A stretch of DNA of 64,000 bases from Neptunomonas phycophila (lineage in GTDB: Bacteria > Pseudomonadota > Alphaproteobacteria > Caulobacterales > Caulobacteraceae), in assembly GCA_964224415.1 (NCBI GenBank), contig CAXQIE010000013.1, positions 57,198 through 121,197 on the forward strand, read 5' to 3'. The notes beneath the pieces were generated by a model. That model was not told the origin of the DNA. It saw only the letters and a program-made list of their open reading frames with translations, and searched no databases. Position 1 is the first letter of the stretch. Each line of letters opens with the position of its first letter. This document shows positions 63,661-64,000 of this stretch, piece by piece. Position numbers and translations under genes: made by a program.

Positions 63661-64000
63661 CTACTGCCCAATGGTGATCCCCCGCGCCAAAGACCGCTGA
63701 CGGCAGCGCGAAAACCGCGAGGGGATATCGTCCACGGTCAGCACCTTGTCATAGACGATCAGCGTCGCGGCCTTGAGAGAGGCCCCGTACAGCGACGAGA
63801 AATACGAACACCCGAGGGCCAGCTTGCGGGTCGACAGGATCGGTGTGCCCGCCGTCACAACGGGGTCCTGCCCACTCATCCAGACGGTGCGCGTGGTGCC
63901 TGATTGCGAAACGGCCAGGAAATACCATTCACCGGGTGCCGGCAGTCCTGCGGAGAACAGCGTGTTCGTATATCCGCGGGTCAGCTGGTTCAGCGTATTG
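63661..64000 (-). CDS. C-terminal part of a LamG/concanavalin-like (Laminin_G_3-type) domain protein; gene continues beyond the window
   Basis: The frame stays open from 63661 to nt 63999, the last complete codon in the window; I translated it manually. EWYFLAVSQSGTTRTVWMSGQDPVV...KLALGCSYFSSLYGASLKAATLIVYDKVLTVDDI follows the W-h-h-A-V...G...h-Y-h-D/N-G...h-G...G-x-h-D-E-V-x-h-Y-x-x-x-L-S-x-x-E-I pattern of LamG_3 domains. Confidence 0.45.
   Translation of the reverse strand, partial: NTLNQLTRGYTNTLFSAGLPAPGEWYFLAVSQSGTTRTVWMSGQDPVVTAGTPILSTRKLALGCSYFSSLYGASLKAATLIVYDKVLTVDDIPSRFSRCRQRSLARGITIGQ

Larger units (their letters stand above)
46985..64000 (-). mobile_element. Mu-like transposable prophage, right end plus late (head/tail/baseplate) region; continues beyond the window
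   Basis: About 25 co-oriented genes are collinear with Mu F, I, T, gp36, G, gp37, L, M, chaperone, tape measure, N, P, gp45-48 and tail fibre. A terminal methylase cassette follows. The outermost sequence begins TGAAGCG, like the Mu right end. Confidence 0.8.

Noticed and set aside
63661-63879. Stand-alone 72-aa ORF from the track
   Set aside because: The frame remains open upstream to the window edge, as manual translation showed. It is therefore the 3' end of a larger gene rather than a small gene.
46985-64000. Interpretation of the cluster as a tailocin or gene-transfer-agent-like particle locus
   Set aside because: A full Mu-type head module (F-like, protease/scaffold, major capsid, connector proteins) is present alongside the contractile tail genes. 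A prophage or prophage remnant is therefore the simpler reading. Intactness cannot be judged without the early region beyond 64000.

Overview
This is a visibly GC-rich chromosomal segment (GC not computed). Gene content and order look like an alphaproteobacterium of the Caulobacterales type; that is an inference from synteny, not a database hit. Three parts can be distinguished. (1) 1-23.9 kb holds housekeeping genes: a Ppx/GppA fragment, rnd, purM, purN, ndk, an ABC-F ATPase, tRNA-Leu(UAG), pyrG, secG, tpiA, a ppiD-like gene, trpE, trpG-trpD-trpC, lexA with two GTTC-N7-GTTC-type SOS boxes, comEC, gltX and gltA. (2) 27.9-46.7 kb holds the conserved envelope/translation block lpxB-lpxI-lpxA-fabZ-lpxD-skp-bamA-rseP-dxr-cdsA-uppS-frr-pyrH-tsf-rpsB, followed by a GFA-family gene and dnaE. 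A three-gene accessory insert sits between gltA and lpxB (24.0-27.9 kb): a secreted DUF305-LVIVD fusion protein with a His/Met repeat, a 92-aa unknown, and a polytopic membrane-bound winged-helix regulator. (3) From about 46,985 to the window edge lies the late region of a Mu-like transposable prophage on the minus strand, with head, tail and baseplate genes collinear with Mu F through tail fibre. It ends in a Dam-type methyltransferase plus a coupled 67-aa protein, and in a terminal sequence resembling the Mu right end. The observations I rate highest are these. First, an unannotated 29-codon hydrophobic ORF has a strong SD and two tandem LexA boxes, sits directly upstream of dnaE, and is SidA/TisB-like. 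Second, the putative Mu-type right end lies 34 bp from those boxes. Third, a methylase/FlbD-like cassette occupies the position of Mu com-mom. Fourth, a LamG-like gene sits where the portal gene is expected. Fifth, the gltA-lpxB insert. I found no CRISPR arrays or rRNA genes. Many long ORFs in the supplied track are antisense shadows typical of GC-rich DNA. The track also translates alternative start codons (GTG/TTG) as M, so several starts were re-chosen.
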